Below, piece by piece: positions 60,573 to 64,000 of a stretch of DNA of 64,000 nt (its first letter is position 1; each line of letters begins with the position of its first letter). This DNA is from an uncultured delta proteobacterium (GTDB lineage: Bacteria > Desulfobacterota > Desulfomonilia > Desulfomonilales > Desulfomonilaceae): contig CAWBKB010000006.1 of assembly GCA_963789265.1 (NCBI GenBank), forward strand, positions 256,001 to 320,000, in the 5' to 3' direction. A model generated the notes under the pieces. It did not search any database. It saw only the letters and a program-made list of their open reading frames with translations, and had not been told where the DNA came from. A program made the translations under genes and the position numbers.

Positions 60573-61728
60573 CTATTTCTTCTTTGGAAACTCCAGATCA
60601 GTGCCGACAAGATAGGCACCCGTAAAATCCGCTCCTCTGAGGATCGTACCAAACATGTTGGCTTTTTCTAAATTCGCGCCCGCAAAGTTGGCATTGGTCA
60701 AATTTGCTTCGGAAAGATCTGCGCTGGCTAAGAAAGTCCAGGCGCAGTTAGCCATTGTCATATTCGAATCCGAGAGATCCGCGGCGAAAAGATTTGCTTT
60801 GGAAAAGATCGCACCATGCGAGTCGGCCGAGGCCAGGATGGTCCCGGCTAGTTTTGCTCCTGTAAAATCGGTCCCGAACCAGAACCGCCCTCGCCAAATT
60901 TGCCCCGGAGAGCTGAGCACCAGAAAGATTGCCCCGGCGGAGGTTTACTCCGGCCAGTTCGGCATTGCTCAGGTCAATGCCCCACGACACCGCGGACTCG
61001 ACCAGCGCACCGAGAGTGGCCGCAGGCGCGCTGTACATGATCTGATTGGAAAATCGGCTTCGGATTTCCAACTGACTATAATGAGGCGGCAATCTTTCTG
61101 CAAGTTCAGTGCTACTTATCAGGCCGTCCGCGACCATGGCCCTCAGCAAGTTCTGAAGTTCTCCTATAGTGATTGCATATTTCTTCGTCAGTGCTTCGCG
61201 GTCTAACCCAGCCCTGATAAAGGATAAAACCTCATTCGGGTCTACTCTGGGCGTGGCAAAATAAGCTCCTGAGCTCGAGCAGCTCCCTTCCTCCAGCGAG
61301 ACCGAAGTATGACCGGCAAGTTCCCTCTGATAAAGCTGCGCCTCACTCGTCAGACCCGCGGCCGCCAGTTTCCTGAACAGACTTTGCAATCCTTTGGCAG
61401 AAAGGTTGTATTTCTTCATCAACGCTGCATCGTCCATCCCGGACTTCAAGCAGTTCAGGACTTCAGCAGCGTCTATTCTAGGCTTAGCCCCTCCGGGAAA
61501 AGGCGGCCTGGAGCGTTCAACGTCGACTATCACGGACCCATGGGACAGCGACAGCCGTGCATTGAGTTCCGACGGCCTCAGTATGCCCGCGGCCACCAGT
61601 TGGTCAAACACGCTTTGAAGACCTTTGACGGACACGTTGAATTCTTGCATCAGTGCCACATCGTCCATACCTGATCTAATGCACTTTACCGCGTCGATTG
61701 CTTTGATTGTAATTACCCGGTTCGTCAT
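60573..61728 (-). CDS. Protein with three ~50-aa helical repeats plus pentapeptide repeats, +1 frameshift near 60878
   Basis: SGMDD..LM..L..GLQSLF repeats. A(N/D)Lxx pentapeptides continue across the frame change. Confidence 0.8.
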
Positions 61729-61995
61729 TTTTCCCCTCGCCAAGTACATATACAACTCATCACACAGGGTGTTTACCGCCAAAGCTTAGTGGGTGCCCGC
61801 AAGAGGACAGATACAAGGTCCGCCCCTACAGAATTTAGTAAATCGAGTACTTATCACCAGCCACGGCAGGCCGGGTCCCTCCATGACATGCATTCATGTC
61901 CGCTTCCAGGGCAGGGCGCAGCATGGTGCGCCCACGCCAAAACGAAAGAAAGCACGAAAGTTGATGCAGTTCACTATGGCACGTGCTGCCTGGCA

Positions 61996-63501
61996 TCATC
62001 TGCACTCGGTAATCTTTGTGGGCACTTGCGAGCGCTCGACACTAAAGTCCTCTTTGATGAGAGCCTCTCTAATCCCAGCGTATCTCACGAGCGCGGCCAG
62101 AGCAGTTATCGCTCTTTCGGGGCTGGGGAGCACCGGAACGCCCTTGTCTTGAAGTTCCCGAACAAACGGCTCCTCCCGGGTGCAAAACGAGGCTCCGACC
62201 AGCGGTTTTCCGTACCGACCGGAGAATCCGGCAATGACTGCACACTGGCTACTGATGAAATCTCCGGCCATGTCCACTGCCTTCCCGGCTCCCGCTCCCA
62301 TGGCTTGGAGAGCTCTAGCCACGCGCTGGATCGGTATCAACAAATACATGAACAAATTGTCTATATTCGGGTCCTGCAAAAGAATTCGCGGCATCGCTTC
62401 CATGTAGTCGTCGGGATTACGATTGAACGTAAGATCAACAGGATTGCCTATGCTGGCGGTGTGCGGGACCAATGCGGCCAGCCCCTCGCGTGTCTCAGAA
62501 GAGAGAATGGGCAACGTCAGACCGTTTCGTTCCGCTGCATCCGCAGCCGCGGCGCCGGGCCCTCCGGAGTGAGTGAGCACGGCCAGCCCATTACCTTTTG
62601 GCACCGGTTGAGTACCCAGCACGCAGCACATGTCAAAGAGCTCCTCAACCGATCTGGCACGAATGATGCCGCATTGCCTGAAAATTCCATCATAAAGAGG
62701 ATCCGGTCCTGCGAGAGCCCCGGTGTGTGAAAGGGCGGCTCGTTTTCCTGATTCCGAGCCTCCAATATAGTACGCGACGATAGGCTTTCTCTTTGACACT
62801 TCTTGTGCGATTCGAACGAATTCCCGGCCGCGCCTGACTCCTTCTATGTACAGCGCGATGACCTTCGTGTTGGGGCATTGTCCGAGGTATTCCAGGCAGT
62901 CCGTAATGTCTATCATCGCCTCGTTTCCGACGCTGATTCCCTGGCTGAAGCCTAGACCGAACTTCTCCAGATGAATGAAGACTTGAGTGATGAAACTCCC
63001 ACTTTGGGAGGCCATGCCTATGAATCCGGGCGCGGCTTCGTAAGGGAAGAAGGTAGTATTCAGTTTCGCGTATGGGTTGACTACTCCGATGCAGTTAGGG
63101 CCTATGAAGTGAATACCGTACTTGCGGGCAATATCCACTATGCGGTTCTGAAGCTCTTGCCCGTCCGAGCCCTTTTCTCCGAAGCCCGCGGAAACTATGA
63201 TGGCTCTCTTCACCCCATATTTACCGCATTGCTCCAAAATGTCCGGCACCACTTTTGTTGGAAGGACCAGAACCGCGAGATCCACGGGCCCGGGTACATC
63301 TTTCAGGTGGGGATATGCTCTGAGGCCCAGAACTTCCGTTTCTCGGGGGTGCATCGGGTACACCGGTCCTTCAAATCCCAGGGCAAGCATTTGAGATAAC
63401 TGGACGGTTCCCATCCCCATTGGATTACTGGAAGCCCCCCAAAAAGCCACGCTAGCCGGATGCATAATTCGGTAAAGCGGGCTCTGTTCAATATTGTCCA
63501 T
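61996..63501 (-). CDS. Acyl-CoA synthetase (NDP-forming) alpha / CoA-binding protein
   Basis: PASVAFWGAS, GPNCIG, SQSG, GNEA, SHTGALAG and NPVD. Confidence 0.9.
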   Translation of the reverse strand: MDNIEQSPLYRIMHPASVAFWGASSNPMGMGTVQLSQMLALGFEGPVYPMHPRETEVLGLRAYPHLKDVPGPVDLAVLVLPTKVVPDILEQCGKYGVKRAIIVSAGFGEKGSDGQELQNRIVDIARKYGIHFIGPNCIGVVNPYAKLNTTFFPYEAAPGFIGMASQSGSFITQVFIHLEKFGLGFSQGISVGNEAMIDITDCLEYLGQCPNTKVIALYIEGVRRGREFVRIAQEVSKRKPIVAYYIGGSESGKRAALSHTGALAGPDPLYDGIFRQCGIIRARSVEELFDMCCVLGTQPVPKGNGLAVLTHSGGPGAAAADAAERNGLTLPILSSETREGLAALVPHTASIGNPVDLTFNRNPDDYMEAMPRILLQDPNIDNLFMYLLIPIQRVARALQAMGAGAGKAVDMAGDFISSQCAVIAGFSGRYGKPLVGASFCTREEPFVRELQDKGVPVLPSPERAITALAALVRYAGIREALIKEDFSVERSQVPTKITECR

Positions 63502-63559
63502 ATATCAAACCTCCAGCGGACACGCTTTCTGCCTTGTTCTCCAGCCGGCTGCCACATTC

Positions 63560-63835
63560 CTATTGCCTCGTCCGGACGCTTTGCTGCTCTTCACCGGGAC
63601 CGTAGCTCGGCAAGAACAAAGTGAGAAGGAACAAGACCAGCCACCAGACCGCGTATCCCGCCATGACCGCAAACATGGCTACCGGCGCGAGAGCGATCGA
63701 TACGAAGACAAGCAGTTCGTTGTCCGGATAAAATCCGCCGAAAATAAGTAACATTATTGCCGCAACAAACGCTATGACCGTCATGGCCGCGCCCGCGGCA
63801 AGGGCTATGATCTGCCGGGCGTTCATGTTCGCCAT
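63560..63835 (-). CDS. Small hypothetical membrane protein
   Basis: Two hydrophobic segments. Confidence 0.55.
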   Translation of the reverse strand: MANMNARQIIALAAGAAMTVIAFVAAIMLLIFGGFYPDNELLVFVSIALAPVAMFAVMAGYAVWWLVLFLLTLFLPSYGPGEEQQSVRTRQ

Positions 63836-64000
63836 GTTATCATTGATCGAACGAGAAAGGTAACGTCTGGGGAATTTGTGCGCACTCTTTTTTCGTGGGA
63901 GAGACTGCAATAATTGTTTATGCCGGTGAATCGTTTCCTTCCGAGACGCATCCCAGGTACCAGGATTTGTGATCTTTGAACCCGGAAAAATGAGAATGTG

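Overview
This is a 64 kb, moderately GC-rich chromosomal window from an anaerobic deltaproteobacterium. A Desulfomonile-like origin is inferred from gene content and a lineage-typical repeated domain. Most of it is housekeeping and metabolic genes: manB, a eukaryote-type UGPase, trpB2, feoAB with a DtxR-type regulator, nnr, moeA, asd, thiolase, aconitase, hldE, thiDN, moaA, LysR and an acyl-CoA synthetase. Notable points are: (1) a Mo-enzyme cluster of aldehyde oxidoreductase, TusE-like protein, cysteine desulfurase and a DMSO-reductase-family enzyme with an acetylene-hydratase-like CxxCD motif; (2) a complete IS1595-family element (TIRs, 8-bp TSD) carrying a HEPN-motif passenger gene, inserted inside a MITE; (3) at least three MITE families that carry different REP-like palindromes and nest inside one another; (4) a secreted Ser/Gly/Tyr/Cys repeat protein; (5) several large multibranch-structured intergenic regions that match no RNA family I recognise; (6) five frameshifts in four genes that cluster at TCNNGA-like sites, suggesting methylation-linked sequencing errors rather than pseudogenes. 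No rRNA, tRNA or CRISPR array was seen. All calls come from reading the sequence by eye; no searches were run.
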